Shown here piece after piece: positions 46,401 through 60,298 of a stretch of 64,000 nucleotides of DNA. Below the pieces are notes generated by a model. The model saw only the letters and a program-made list of their open reading frames with translations. It was not told the origin of the DNA and did not search any database. The stretch is taken from contig CBDBCZ010000016.1 of the NCBI GenBank assembly GCA_965203295.1, positions 768,001 to 832,000 on the forward strand. The letters run 5' to 3'. Both the position numbers and the translations under genes were made by a program. Source of the DNA: Nitrospirales bacterium. Its GTDB lineage: Bacteria > Nitrospirota > Nitrospiria > Nitrospirales > UBA8639. The first letter of the stretch is position 1; every line of letters begins with the position of its first letter.

Positions 46401-47490
46401 CTAAGTATCGAGCCAGAATTCGACCTTGTTCATATACTACTGTAGTTGCACAGGGTCCCCCTTTCATACCGATGTCAGCATTTAAGTTGCCTGCAAAGAT
46501 CACCATTGTACTACTATCGAGCTTATCTCTGATCATTCGCAACAAATCTAGGGACACCTTAAAAGCATCAGTGCAACCACTTCTTGACGGTAAATAGGAC
46601 AAGAAGTTAGAATGTCGGTCTGCAACGTTTATACCTATACAGTGATAGTGAGATACTGTAAACTCTGATAAATAACCGGGGGCGGTTATAATCAGAATTA
46701 GCAGCCTCAATAGGCGGTTACTTTTACATGGGCGGGTATAATCACAGATCGGTTATTTTTGCAAAACAGCCGTTAATAGCATGGCAGATTTACAAAAACA
46801 TCCCCTACATTGAGATCAGCCCGGTAGATGTGGTGTCCCTTGAGGTAGGAAGCCTTCTGGTAGGCAAGCTGAACGAGCCCAATAGCGCTACCTTAGCTAC
46901 CATAGCTTAGTCTCGTTCCCAGAACCCTCCACGAATCGGAGCTAGGGTTTTCTCACTACGACTAACGCCGACTTCTTGGTTTTCACAGTCTGATTCTCGT
47001 TGCTATTCTGTACTGTCGTGTTTACGCATTAGCTGCACGCTCTGCTTGCTATAGACAATCACATGCAAACGCTATTAATTTTACAGATTCAATTTCCTGC
47101 CTGGGCTGCACGTGCAAATTATGGGCGGTTATGTTTACATAGACGGTTTTACACACGAGTAAACTGTTGTTGCAATAAATTGATCAGTTGTACTAGAGGG
47201 GCGGTTACCTTTAAGGGGGCGGTTATTTATCAGATTTTACGGTAGTTGAGGGAGCTTGCTGACTTTGTGCAGGGATTTGCGCCAGAGTATAGCCACCCCA
47301 CAATGACCTCTTCTACACCTTGGTACGCAGTGTACAGTATCTACTTCATCAGGAGGGGCCAGCCCCAAAGCATTAAAATCATGGTGCAGACTATGCAGAG
47401 TGTCAAGCTCGTAACTATGGAGCCATTGCTTCGATATGCAGCACACATCTACCATATCTAGTAATTTGTTGAGGTAGGGGTATTAAATTG
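43435..47490 (-). mobile_element. Decayed non-LTR retrotransposon (APE + RT + C-terminal zinc knuckle; clade unassigned, possibly RTEX/L2-like)
   Basis: GVAILWRK, YLPS, IDHF, SDHLPV (endonuclease); YRGIPLL, QGGF, LDVRKAFDTV, YADDL (RT); CRLC...EDPTHFLATCP. Short-repeat 3' tail; many stops and frameshifts. Confidence 0.9.
46656..47242. mobile_element. pogo/Tc1-type MITE inserted in the LINE endonuclease
   Basis: TIR C(T/C)GTAAA(C/A)TCTGATAAATAACCG with TA flanks; removal joins ...KLPQL to SHYHCIGI. Confidence 0.8.
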
Positions 47491-49616
47491 GATACCTCGT
47501 ACATTGGACCCCCTCTGAAATTTTTGTTCCCCCCCTTCCCTCCCCCCTCCCTCCTTCCATGAAGAGTCAGAGATTTGAACAAGTCTATCGCATAGTTTTT
47601 ACCAAGGGAGGCTTAGCTACTACAGATCTCAGGTTAGCAGAGTTTCTGAGTCCTTCCTGTAAACCAGCACTGGAAGCAGACGGCATGTTCGAGCGATCTG
47701 GAACTTGAACATCACAACAAAACAATACAGCTTCTGATGACTCGCTGGTCTGGACAAGTCTAGGCCCTAACACATATTTAATACCAAGAGAAACTTACTA
47801 CAGATTCCAGGTTTGCAGAAGTTTTTGTAGGCTGCCTGTAAACAAGCATTGGAGTCGGACGGGCGGGACGGCACAATCGAGTCACCGATGCGAACTGGAA
47901 TTTGCAAGCTTGTTTCTATTTTAGATCTGCTTTCGCAAGCCAGCACTTCTGATGACTCGCTGGCCTTTTTATGACCGTCATCTACGACCATCTCAAGTAC
48001 GATAGTGAGTGATTGACAGGCAGTGGCTGCTTGTACACACAGTAGACGTGCGGAACTTTATTTTCAAGGGAGGTCCGAGTACTTCACTGCAAAACCAAAA
48101 TATTTGTTCCGGGAGGAACATATTTTACGGGGGTCCAAATTTAACGTGACATGTCCTCCCGTGTGCAATGGGTTAATTAATTAAACAACCTGCTATAAGA
48201 AGAAGTGTACTGCTTCAAAGCTCAGTCTGAAGGGCAAGGAGAATCATGGCCAAAGTTCATTTGTGAGGGGTATACCGTATAGTGGGAAAATTTGGCGAGG
48301 ACTTTAATTTGGCGGTTTGGCAATCGGTGACTGTGCTGCTAAATTAACTTCTGCCAATGTTTTATTATGACATCACATCGTGTAATTGCATTCCATGAAG
48401 CGCACTAGAAGTATGCAAGAGTATCTAGACCCACTTCACCGGTGGGTTTTTTGTTTGGGGTAGCTACATGTAGCTAGACTATATATTTGCCGTGCAGTCT
48501 CTGAAAGCTGTCCAAACTTTTTGGACAAAAGAACTTGCGATTTAAGTGGCTTCGTGTGGTGTATAAGTGAGGCATGTTGTTGTGATAAGTGCTGAAGAAG
48601 GTGAGCTTTGGAAATAGGGCGATAGGAATCAACTCACCTTGTTTGAGCTGTCTTGTTTTACGTTGGGAAAGCCATTGTGGAAGGCAAGAGCAATGAGGAC
48701 TAAAGCCATCATGTTTCAACAATTGAGTAATCTAGACCATTACTGTAGTGTAGTTGAGCGTGCCAAGGCAATAGTTTGTCAATGCGTTGCTCGCAATAGA
48801 TGTATATCAACAGTTTGAACAATAATGTACAATCTGGTGTTTCTTATTATACTCAGGTGATACAAACCAAAAATATTGAAATGAAGATGATGAAATATTC
48901 CTAAGATGAGGTATGAGGCAACTTCCTTGCTCTATAAAACTGCACAGGAAATCAAATAACTAAGGGCAAACAACCTAGGTGAATAGTATGAAATAAGTGA
49001 CCTGTCTAGGAAAATGAACGCAGCATCCTGTATGACATAAACACACACTTCCTGTACAAAACGTAACCAAATGAGAGAAAACAACCAAATAGAACAATAA
49101 TAATATACTCATGTTGCTGCCGTAGCGCTTACGCCATCGGCCACGCACCCACATACGCAGGCGGAGCTTGAAAGATCTCCAGTCAGAGGACAAGAGCAAG
49201 AGCAACCAGATATCTCACCATTACCATCCTGATCGCCATATAATTTATTCTTCCTAGTATCCCAGATTAGTAAAATAAAACTCTTAACTAGCCTTAATAA
49301 AGCCTTAAAATCATATCTTTCCCAATTCTCACACCCTAAAGCGAAGCCCGTCCTCTCGAAATTATTGAGTGCACTAAACTCTTCAAAATTTCAACCCAAC
49401 AGATTGTCTAAGTCTTCCATGAAAGTATTTCTAATAGAATCTTATACCACTGAAGCCATACTTTACAAAGGCACCGACTAAGGAATATTAGTGGAAGACA
49501 GGATGTGGTGAGGGAAATATACATATTCCCCTGTGGCTAGGGCAATATACATATTGCCCTCCTTAGAAGCACTGCAAGTGTTACAACTAAAGCCCATGCA
49601 TGGCTTTTGTGTGTGG

Positions 49617-50005
49617 TATGTAATAGTTATATCCCTGCAAAATGGTGTGTATCAGCCATACATGCCTGAGGCGAAGCCAAGGGCATATATGAGCTGATAC
49701 ACACCTTTTGCAGGAATATAACTATTATATATCCTGTTACCATAGCAATATGTTATGACAGCTAAACTACATCAAGCAGTACTTTTACCTTGCACACATT
49801 GCATTGGCTTCTGCAATGCACTTATGCCTATACTATCACAATCATTATGGTGTGTGTGTATCCGGAATATTACACAGCTATTACCATAGTAACAGGATAT
49901 ATAAGTCAGTTAGACCATGCCTCTATCTCGCGTTTTATCTGTTATCCACTCAGCATTATTCAATTATCCCTTGGGCTTCGCCCTCGGGGATAAATGAATA
50001 ATGCT
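49617..50005. mobile_element. Crypton-like hairpin modules
   Basis: Hairpins centred on CCTGAGGCGAAGCCAAGGG (about 49665) and CCCTTGGGCTTCGCCCTCGGG (about 49968); inverted TATATCCTGTTAC boundaries. Confidence 0.55.
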
Positions 50006-50339
50006 TTCTGGAACTAAGCGCGGCAATTTCTTGCCAGAAGCGCCCAGCAATTCGAGAGAGAATCCTCCACACCAGGCCATTCTCAACAGCGTTTGAATGC
50101 AGTATGTTGACGTCATCAGCAGTTTTCCATGGAAATTGCCCACGTTTGACGTTATCAGAACGTTACCATGGAGATTTCTCATGGTTTTACGTCATTTCTC
50201 ATGGTCTAAGTCGGTTAAACACTGTCCTCGTAAGGTTTCTCTCAGTTTTGACAACCTTAGCATACTACGCCTTGGTAATTATGTTTAAGTGCTGCGGTTG
50301 TCAAAACCTCTAAGAAACCTGTACTCGGTGTCTAACCTA

Positions 50340-51020
50340 TACATAGAATATCACTGTCATTGCCAGTCAATCTAACTAGATCAGACGAAGTTGAGTCAGG
50401 TGACCCCAACTTCGTCACAATTACCATACACCACGTGGAAAATAGGTCCATGAACCACACGGAGTTTTGGAGAAAAGATGTCAACAAACTTCTGAGGATT
50501 TATGCGAAACCTGAAGCAGAACCCCATTGCTTGGTTTTTATCCTTCCAAAGAACTCAAAAAGCTTGTCCTGCTAAGCCACTTAGCCAGGCCCCCACTGAT
50601 CCAGTTGCTGTGATTCTTTCCTACCCCAATCTGTTGGAATACACTTGGAAGGTTTGTCCAGACTGTGTGTAGAGGCTGGTATTTTGGAGCGAAAGACTAC
50701 ATGTAATCGCAGTCTTCATGCAACCGGGGCTACAGCAGTCGAAGTACTTGAAAATTGATATTATGTAAAACTGCATGGCCATACAGGTGCTGCAGCTCTA
50801 CAAATGACTGTTGGTGGCACAAGAGAAGGTTGTTTCAAACATTCTCATGTCTGGACCTGGAACAGCACTCTCAAAAATCCCAACTTCAGTTACAAATGTG
50901 AGCCCTAGGGAAGCGACCTCAAAAGTCCCAGGTGTAGTTACAAATGTGAGCAAGCTCAATGCATTTTCCAAAATATCAAAACCAAATATCTCAAGTCAGT
51001 TCTGTTCTGTGGGTCCATGT
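50340..51020 (+). pseudogene. Degraded Crypton-type (DUF3504-like) tyrosine recombinase
   Basis: HVENRSMNH...NKLLRIYAKPEAEPHCLVFIL and CVEAGILERK..NRSLHATGAT...GHTGAAAL resemble the ENGSKN, KTNHSLRATGAT and TGHRS motifs. Confidence 0.6.
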
Positions 51021-52027
51021 TCAGCTTAACCTCCAGCAGCAGACTGAACCTTCATTGGAACCAATCGTGAAGAGTTTAATGGGATAGCTCAGTATACTAC
51101 CCAGACTATTGAACACTGCTAGCTAGCTTTTTTTTTAGCTTTTCAGATCGATGATTATGTGCATTGTGGATTGTATGGTGCAATATTCTTGATTATGTGC
51201 TACTTTCGGTGTAATATATAGACTGTCTTTTGGTGCAATGTACACGGGAAGCAAGTGCAGTATGGAATATATTGCACTGCTGGCACCATTGAACTTTCTA
51301 TGCACGATGCTGCAACTCATCTTTTATTACTAGCCTACCAACTGTGGAAATATTTACTCAAGCATAATTTTGCGTACTCGTTTTGTGTTGGCAATCCTGT
51401 GTTTAGTACATGCACCAGTATTTTGCCAAACATAGTTACCACCAAATTCTCTGAGTTGTATATACTATGCACGCTGCATCTCCTAGTCTACACTGTTAAA
51501 ATGGTGGTGTAACATTGGCACCTGTAGTGTTACGTCAAGCATATCTTAGTGGTGCTATTGTTATCCCTGGTAGTGTAATACAACACTGGGTTCGTTGCTT
51601 CAGCACCAACAGAGCTGGATGTAAAACCATAGGGAGTAGAAATAGCACCCATAATGAGATTCGAATAATCAGGGGTGCATTGATAGTACCAGAGGTGTTA
51701 ATCCAAGCACACTTAATAGTGTTATCATTAACCCAATAGGTGTAATGTAACTGTACGTTTGTTGATTTAGCACCAATATAGCCTACTATAAACCATGAAG
51801 AGTTAAAACGGCACTATAAATAGGTTTCATATACTTGAACATGTTACTAGTTCAAGCCAAGTAAATGCATGCACAGTAAAATCCTCTACTCATTCATTCT
51901 CACATGCATAACATTCGCCTACAACAGAATTCAATTAGAATTGTTGTTGTAGTGGTGTAAACAGACTTGAATGTGCATGCATGGTGTGTCAGGCATGCAT
52001 GCATGCATAGTATTATCAAGAGTGCAT

Positions 52028-55000
52028 CTAGGGTGAATACTTTAATGTAATGTACAACAATAAATCAGCATCAAATCTCGCAGGCCTCACTGGAAGCACC
52101 TGCATACTAGCAAGCTCCTTAAACATCTTCAGTGATACAATTTCAGTTCTCTTCACAACCCAAGAGTGAAAATGTGAGTGGAAATCAACCACCAGAAGCT
52201 CTCTCAAACCGATCCATATCACAGAGGCTGCAGAAGGGAAGATGTTGACCACCTCACTGAACGATGGCTTATCACTGTCGTCGATGTTAGTAATCACCGC
52301 AACTCCTGGCTTCACTAAAACGCCATCCACCTTGACCCAGTTTGCACTGTCAGAAGTGAATAAAGACAAATTTAGTATACTGTTTTCCATATGCATAACT
52401 AGAGTATGATCACAATCTGGAACAGTGAGAATAATTTCCTGGTATATGGACTATTATGATATGGAGAGCATGATGGGGGAAGTGCTTACCGATAGACGCG
52501 ATCTTCTCTAATACAGGTAGCTAGTTGGGCTGCAAACTCTGTACTTTCCACTGCTACCTCCTTTCCTGCATGTGGCAAGAAGGTATTACATGTATTCAGT
52601 GTATGCACGTATGTGGGTGTGTGTGCATGCATGCTTGCGTGTGTGTGTGCGTGAATGTGTGTGTGTGCGTACGTGCATGTGTGTGTGCATGTGCGTGCGC
52701 GTGTGCGTGCGTGTGTGCATGCATGCATGAGCGTGTGCGTGCATGTGTGTGTGTGTGTGTGTGGCCACCACACATACATACATGGGGGCGGGGGGGGGGG
52801 GGTGGACGGACGTCTACATATAGTACAATGTACTAATTTGCAAAGGTTATTCCGAAAGGGGCATGAAGTAGCATGTAAATATATCCTCAGTCACTCTATA
52901 ATAAGCACGCACCTGGTCCAATCTCCACGATATTTGAAAAAAAGCCCTCTGAAGAAAAGGCGTAACACTGAAAGCACTGATGTCTCATGGCAAGTGAGTA
53001 ACACACGTTTTTGAAGTTACCCATGGTGTGTGCCAGCTGTTTGAAGTACTGGTGTTTAGCCTCGTACCTCATGGTCCAGTGCCGTACAAGTGGGCCAATA
53101 CTGCAAAATTAGTACAAACGTGCACGGCAGCATCATAACTTTGGTAAGTGCATCATTCATATTAAATTTACTTACAGATCAAGGTACCGTGGGATGTGGA
53201 CCAGGAAATGCATCTTGGGTATAACAGAAGCATTTGGGTAGAGGCACTGAAATTGAATCAGGTGACTTTCTAGCACAACTTGCAGATATGCAGGTGTATC
53301 TGGGCGAACTACTTGGGACAAGACCAGCTCCAGGATATCCAAAAGCTCTAAGTAGTGCTCCCAGTGTGGGTCACCTTCGGGAACTTTTTTTCCAATCAAA
53401 AGTGGCAGGTAGCGTGCCAGTGTCCACATCTTCGTGGCTATAGCAAGAAGAGGCATATGCATATACTCATTTATAGCCTGAATATAGCTACTGGTATAGT
53501 TTAATTAATGCTCCCTTATATACCGGTGCAACTGTAAGTTAAATTTCCATGTAATGCTCTCTTAGATAATGCACTGGCTCTTTACAGCTGAGCTATACGA
53601 TAGTAGCCAATGAAAAAATTGACTTCATACCTGACTGATTCAACTCCGTATTGTTAGTAGATGAGAATGTGGTAGGGAAGATCTGAGTAGGTTTGGTGTC
53701 CATGTAACCATACCGGAAATTTCGAATTCTGGTATTCAGTTCATCCAGGGTAAACAGAACTTTCTCTTGGATAAAATGCCTTAGCATCAGCTTTGTCTTG
53801 TACGGGACATATCCCTCTAGCAAATCATGCATTACATCTGGAGGTAAGCCCAGGTCACAAACGTTGTAGAACTGGAGGTAATTCAGTGGAGTCCTACGGT
53901 TGATTCCATAGGTGGTAGAATGATAGGTGGCATCTTCTGCTACTTCAAGATGATCACACATCTTTCGATGCTCTTCAGGGGTTCGCAGTACAAACATCTT
54001 CTCATGAAACTATAGAAGGGGGAGTATAAATTTTCCTCCCCTTAACCGTTCTTATATATGTGTAGCTATAGCTCCATAACTTACTTTAAGTTTCATATCA
54101 TTGCTGCTTGCCATGCACTGTCTGCATGGTCGCAATGCAGTGAATCCTTCTTTGAAGCCTCCCATGGCATGACTGCCTAGGTTATCGGCTGGAGCTGTAA
54201 CTATGCTTCCACGAAACTCCTTTTCTCCTTCACAAGTTTCAAAAGACACACCCTTTGCAAGGGTCAAATGAAAACATTGAGAATGTCATACAAAAGTCAG
54301 CTGCATATAGTATTATTATGTATATATGCTGCACATAATAACTATGCCAAATTTAAAGCTGAAGCTATAAATATACATATATAGCCATACCTTTTCAAGT
54401 TTTGCAACATCAGCTGTGATATACCGTAACACACTGTCCATTCCGTACTGTTTTAGGTGCTCATTCTTGATCAGTGCCAAAAGCTGGATCGACTTTAGAG
54501 TTGATCTATACTTCGGATGGAGATTGCCAAGTGTGAAGTAGAAACAACCTACATGCATGCATGTGTAAAAGCAGTAACAGTCACTCGAGCTCAGCCATGC
54601 AGTATATATATATAGCTCGCTAGACCCTTCTTCTCCCATCTGCCTTGAAAAACGAAAAAGAAAGGAGAGGGAGGGCATTGGTATGGAATGAGTAACCACT
54701 TTATAGGTATCTACATACCAAGCTTGTGAATTTTTCGGCTTGCTCCAAGTGGATTACACAACTCCAACTCATCGAAATATAAGAAAATCTCAAGAGCATG
54801 CGAGTCACTCCCCCAAAGGGCATGAGAGGAAGCATGTTTGCTGTCACAAAAATCTGCTACCACATCATCACTCCTCTTGTGTCCGCACACAATCTACAAA
54901 AAAGAAACTTCCGTCATCAATACACATGCATGTATCAGCTAAGTGAATATGGTCTTGTTTACCTCCTCAAAAATACTGCTGTTCTGAAGTATTCGCTCCA

Positions 55001-55937
55001 ACACTTCTAAGAGAGGCACGTACATAAACTCATCCTTCACTTCAACAAGCTGCCTTCCAGTTCCCTGCGTTTGCCATGACTGGTATGATCCCAGTGTCAC
55101 ACGGACCGGATTCTAGTTAAAAGTAGTAATATACATGTTACTACTTGCATGCCTGTTAAGGGTATTGTAGTATACTGTGTGGGCGGATCAAACACTCTGG
55201 AAAGTAATTATCAGTAATAATTCCCTCTCTTAATATATTATTTTCAATCAAGATACTACAAATTGTTTATAGCATACAATTAAGGGAGGGGTGTATCTGA
55301 TTGGCCACGTCCCCCGGGTCTCAGCCCTACAAACCAGATACATGCCATGCATAACTCATACTAGTAGCCTCACCACAAAGTTTAGGTGGCTCTTGTAGAA
55401 AGCCAGCTGACGGTGGTACGTATCCAGACCATCGAATGGACGGCAAAACGGAGATGACTGCGAAAATAGCTCACGTAGGCCAGGGATGTCATCCATCCTT
55501 AGGCCAGCTGACTGGAGCACTGAGTCAACAGCACCACCGAGCTCAGATATGGAGACAGTGCACAACTCTGTTACCTCTTGTAGCACACTATCAACACAAG
55601 TTTGTGTTAATCTTCGTGCTTCTTTTAGTTTGAGGATCCACATTGCTGTGTTTGCCTGTTGTGGAGTAGGCCTCCTACCGGTACCGGTAAAACCTGAGCT
55701 ATCCATGTCTTCAACAGTATTTCCTGAACTTGAAGCCAGACCATCAGGCTCGTCATGAACAGAGTATTGGTTACGGTGATGTCGCTGGATATGCTTTCGA
55801 TATGCTGATGCACTTTCGAAGCCTACCATGCAACAAGTCACATGAAAGTCTCCAGAATGCACTCGGAATAAATGCAACTGCAGTAGCTGAAAAGTTGGAG
55901 CTGTGAAGTTACTGCACATTGGACACACATGTGCCAT
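52028..55937 (-). CDS. EnSpm/CACTA transposase with N-terminal C2H2 fingers, about 10 exons, apparently open
   Basis: YFDELELCNPLG, FYFTLGNLHPKYRS, ADNLGSHAMGGF...CRQC, PPDVMHDLLEG, PKMHFLVH, GPLVRHWTMRYEAKHQYFK. GT-AG introns; no stop seen in the spliced frame. Confidence 0.88.
52600..52762. repeat. Imperfect purine-pyrimidine (TG/CG/CA) microsatellite, intronic
   Basis: Directly visible. Confidence 0.9.
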
Positions 55938-56318
55938 GTTATCTTAACTTGTGTCACTGAAAATCGATCCTATATTAACTACATCACATTTGCATCCTAT
56001 AAAGATATTCACATCTGTATCCTATACTCACAGAGGCGAATCCAGCTGCTGAAATTATCGGGGTTAACGGTGTTTTGCCGGTTTGCTGTACTGCGCATGC
56101 GCCAACACCGAACAATGACATCATTACTTTTCGCAAAGAATTGCAGCTGCTACCTACTCTCTTTGTTCGCAAAAGGATTGCGGCTGTTTCTCTTTGTGAT
56201 TTGAATTTTCTACAGTTTAGCAGCTCTGAGTTTCCAGCGAACCCCGTTTTTCATCAGTGGCGCCTCTCTGCATTATAACCCGGCATCCAAATCGGTGCAA
56301 TTCACATCGCCGTCCGAC
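55938..56318. promoter_or_regulatory. Probable bidirectional promoter of CACTA-2
   Basis: 381 bp between divergent ATGs; TGCGCATGCGC at 56092-56102. Confidence 0.55.
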
Positions 56319-59300
56319 ATGGCTAGCCGCTTCGCCCCGCTATCGATAGCAGCAGTCTGCAGTCTGTTACAGACGAATGGCTTTGACGACGAAGTTGTGG
56401 AAATATTTCGTACAAACAAAATTGATGGTAGCACACTTCTTGAGTTAAACTCAGACGATCTCAAGGAACTAGGAATTGTCGCGCTTGGAGACAGAAAAAA
56501 GCTGGCGAAAGTTAAAAGCGCAATGGCGGCACCTTCACCAGGCCCCAATGGCAAGACTAACACCAGCTGCAGTACCCCGACTCACAAGGTATTTTTATTC
56601 ACAGTCCTATATTTTCGCTTGTCTGTTGTTTTCTTTTGGCAAATAAAAAAAGGGCTAGTCAGATTGCATATAGTGCTACATTTAAGAACACAACCTCGAG
56701 CTCCCATGCAAGGTCTGATTATTCCCTGTAGCATTATATATACTGCATAGTCTTGCTTGCCCCTTTTCACACGTCTTGAAGGGTAAATACTACAAAATTG
56801 AGATTATAATGAGAAGCAGCTGTATAGAAGATTTAAGACGTATAATTATTGCAAACAATTTATTTCATCTGCACACATGCATACACAATTTTAGAAGCCC
56901 AATGTCAGTTGTGCCAGTTCACAGTTGTTTCCACAACCTGATGAATCTGACAGCGACAGCCTTTCTAACGACAGTGTGATGAGCATCCCGATGCCACCTA
57001 CAAGCATCAAGGTTTAATAATACATGGCATTATTCCTGTTGTATAAAGTCTAAAATAATGACACCCTATAAAAATCAATACAGCAAAATGACACGCGTAT
57101 ATATATAATAGCTTGAATGCCTGTAAATTGTCTGCCTTGTGCATGCATTCATTTAACATGTATGAAACATTTCTTGCAGAATTCGAAGAAGCGCAAGTTC
57201 AGCTGTATCGACGATTCTGATTCAGAAGATGAGTCTCTTCAAAATCTTCCTACAGCCAAGAATGTAAGGATCATTAGATACTTCTATTGAATAAATGTAG
57301 TATATACTTATCCATGCTAATTATGGACTTATATATACTCAACTGCTCAGATGGTATATGCATACTACATGTACAACTATATTCTTTTCGAATTCCATGC
57401 AGGTTGAGGAACAGACTACTGGTATGTGCACCCCCAACAAGGTCACAGGAGATGAGAAATTGGAAGATGTGAGTTGCCTCAGGAGCTACCGCATGCACAA
57501 TGCAGTGCAAACATATTCTGTCAAATGGCATTAGGCTCGGGATAGATGGTTACTTACTGTGGCGCCTAGCTGTCGCTCAGCATTGCTGCAGTTTCTGTAT
57601 ATAAGTGTTTTCCCTGCTATAGCGTAGTCTGCTACTCCGTCTTGATTGAGTCTTGATGCTAGTTAGTCGGTTTACCGTATTGTGTCGAACGGTGCAGCCT
57701 TTCAAGCTTCTAGTTTTTCTTACAGAACTACCAACTCTTGTTAGAATGATTTAGGTATAGTATATACAAGATAGATAGATCACTGCGTAGTGGGTTGTAT
57801 GACCCGTTATCTACCTTGGGAAAAGTTATCTCCCTTGGACGCCTCGGAAGTTCCTCGGCTTCCGTGGGAGATAACTTTCTTGCGGTAGATAATGGGTCAT
57901 ACATCTCGCTGCGCAGTGATCTATCCTATACATATACACCTCATTAAATTCAACATGATATAACATATGAGCCATGTTCAAGCAGTGTATATCATCGCTA
58001 TACCACCTGCTGGTGTTTGGAGGTTTTTAGAAATGTTACAGTACCGCTAGGGTCGCATGCATGCAACAAGTGCCAAGTGGTAAAATTATAGCTCTGATAC
58101 ACACCTCCTGGCCATGGTACCATATTACATAGCTGCTGTGATTTTGACCTGCACGGTTTCTCTTTGCAGAGCACACTACTCAAGCCCGAGAAGCCAAAAA
58201 TGTCAATCACTCCTGATCTCATGCAAGGTGTTCCAGATAGACTTGATGGATGGGAGGAAGAGTTTGTTGTTCCAAAACAGTATTCTGGGAGTGTCATGGC
58301 TGCACTGACAACAGGTCGCATTACATCTAATGTCAGGTCCCAAATTACACAGGATGTAGCCACCAAAATGTTGAGCTATTGCAAATACCCCTCACCTGAG
58401 CAATACGAGAAAGTGGCTCAGAAGCTGGTGGAATGTTTTCCCATCCTGAAGGACTCTATGGGGCTTGGTCATGTAAGTTCATCATAATTATAATTATTAC
58501 AAATAGGACATGCAACTGTATACATAGGTAGTCAAGTTGTATTAGCACTAGTCAGAACCAGCTATATACATATACATTTCAAGAAGCAATAATTGTGCAT
58601 GATGATTTGTCCAGTAAATTTACATGCAGCTATTTTTAATACTTCCATACAGCTCTCATGGACAAAGGCTCTCAAAAATCGATTCAAGAATATGAGGCGG
58701 GTGCCACGGTCAGCACGCACTGGGTTAGATTTCACTCCACCAGATACCAACAGGAAGAAAAAAAATGCCCTTCACCAGAATTGGTCCCAGAGTACCAGTG
58801 GTCGAGTTCTTGATGAACTCACCTACCAGCGGCACAAGACTGCCTTAGTGCGAGATCATGAACGTAAAAAGACAAGCACAGAGTCTACCTTGATAATGAT
58901 GCGAGAGACAGCAGCCAACAGACGGCAGTGGATTCAAGAAGAGAGACCTACTGTGACGGTCATAATCAAGGAGTTTCCCTACCTCAAAGACCCTCCTGTA
59001 GTAAGCTTTTGACATAGTAGAAATCGTGTATACAGAACAGTGGGTAGTCAAGCTAGCCATAGCTTTTACTAAATGCAGTTTACACTATATGGAGCATTAA
59101 TATTCTTCCTGTATACACATGCATTAGCTGATCGAGGAGTTCAAATCCCTCACTCTGCTGAATTCATCACCTGAAGACACGCTAGGTCTCAACTGGGTGA
59201 GGATGAGGGGGAAAGTTTTGGAGTTGGCAAAACTGGAGAGTAAGCCAATGATGAGTTCTCTGCTCCAGCTGGAAGATAAAGACATATCTGAGGGTAAGAT

Positions 59301-60298
59301 CAAAGAAGTGCACTATCTTAATTTGAAGCTACATGACCTGTACTGCCTACTACAATATCTGTGTTGACAGTCACAACTGCATGTAATTGGGGCAAAGGTC
59401 ATGCAATAGATATAGATATATATAAATATATATGTAAGCACTATGCATGCTCACACTTGCCATGCATGCATGCATGATGTCAACAATTTCCACTTTAACC
59501 TCCTCTCTGCAGAGAACAAGAATGGAGTAGCTCTTCTCCTGTTACCTATGCTTCTTGACAAGAAGTACAAGAATGGAGGAGAGAGTCTGCTTCAGTTCTT
59601 GGAGGTGAGTTTTCTTTAGTAACACTTTAGGTGTATGAATGGAATGATAGCCTTGTATGCAATTGCCAGCTAAGGCTGCAGTTTAGTTGAGGTCTGTATG
59701 TACTGGAGCATTAAAATAGTCTCATACCCAGTTTCCACTGCCAGTTTTTTTTTAGATGTTGGAGAAAAGCGGCAAGGAGGTAGTCTTATGCCCAGACCTC
59801 GGCTCCTGCATGGCCTGTTTGATGTTGGGCAAACTACAGCCAGTATAGCCTGTACAGGTAGATTAGATGCACTAGCCCTGCATGGGTACGTGGCTAGAGA
59901 CTTCATGCAGCATTGTGTATTATAGATATCCATGGTGGCTACATGTAGATGGATATTGATGTCATTGTATGTCTCTCAACATACAGGATGGAGAGGACCC
60001 CGACTCAGCTCTCAAACAAGCCAAGACGAACTCTCCATATATGATGGCATCAGGAGATGATCTACTGCACATCCAGCAGTTTCAGATAGTGGTCGAAAAA
60101 GTAATTTTATGCTCTGTTAATACTTTCAACAAGGCGTTAGTATGCTTGTTTGCAACATATTATGTGTTCGATATGGCCTACCCTAGGGAATGTAAAAATT
60201 CCCTCCTTTTTCTTGAGAAAGCTCTTCTTAAGCTTACAAATGCAGAAAAGATGAGTAGTAGTGCTCTTGCAGCTGTAAGCACCATGGACAAACTGTAG
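56319..60298 (+). CDS. CACTA-2 accessory protein, SAM domain plus SAMD3-like C-terminus, about 9 exons, apparently open
   Basis: SAM pattern FRTNKIDGSTLLELNSDDLKELGIVALGDRKKL; middle YPSPEQYEKVAQKLVECFP...WTKALKNRFKNMRR; C-terminus ALVCLFATYYVFDMAYPRECKNSLLFLE. Consistent splice phases. Confidence 0.82.
57770..57930. repeat. Long hairpin (Crypton-like core) in a SAM-gene intron
   Basis: GATAGATCACTGCG...TATGACCC.TTATCTACC arms around CCTCGGAAGTTCCTCGGCTTC. Confidence 0.6.

Noticed and set aside
47500..48360. Partial MITE-like ends (GGGGTCCAAATTTAACGTGACA; TACCGTATAGTGGGAAAATTTGGCG)
   Set aside because: Partner ends and TSDs not identified.
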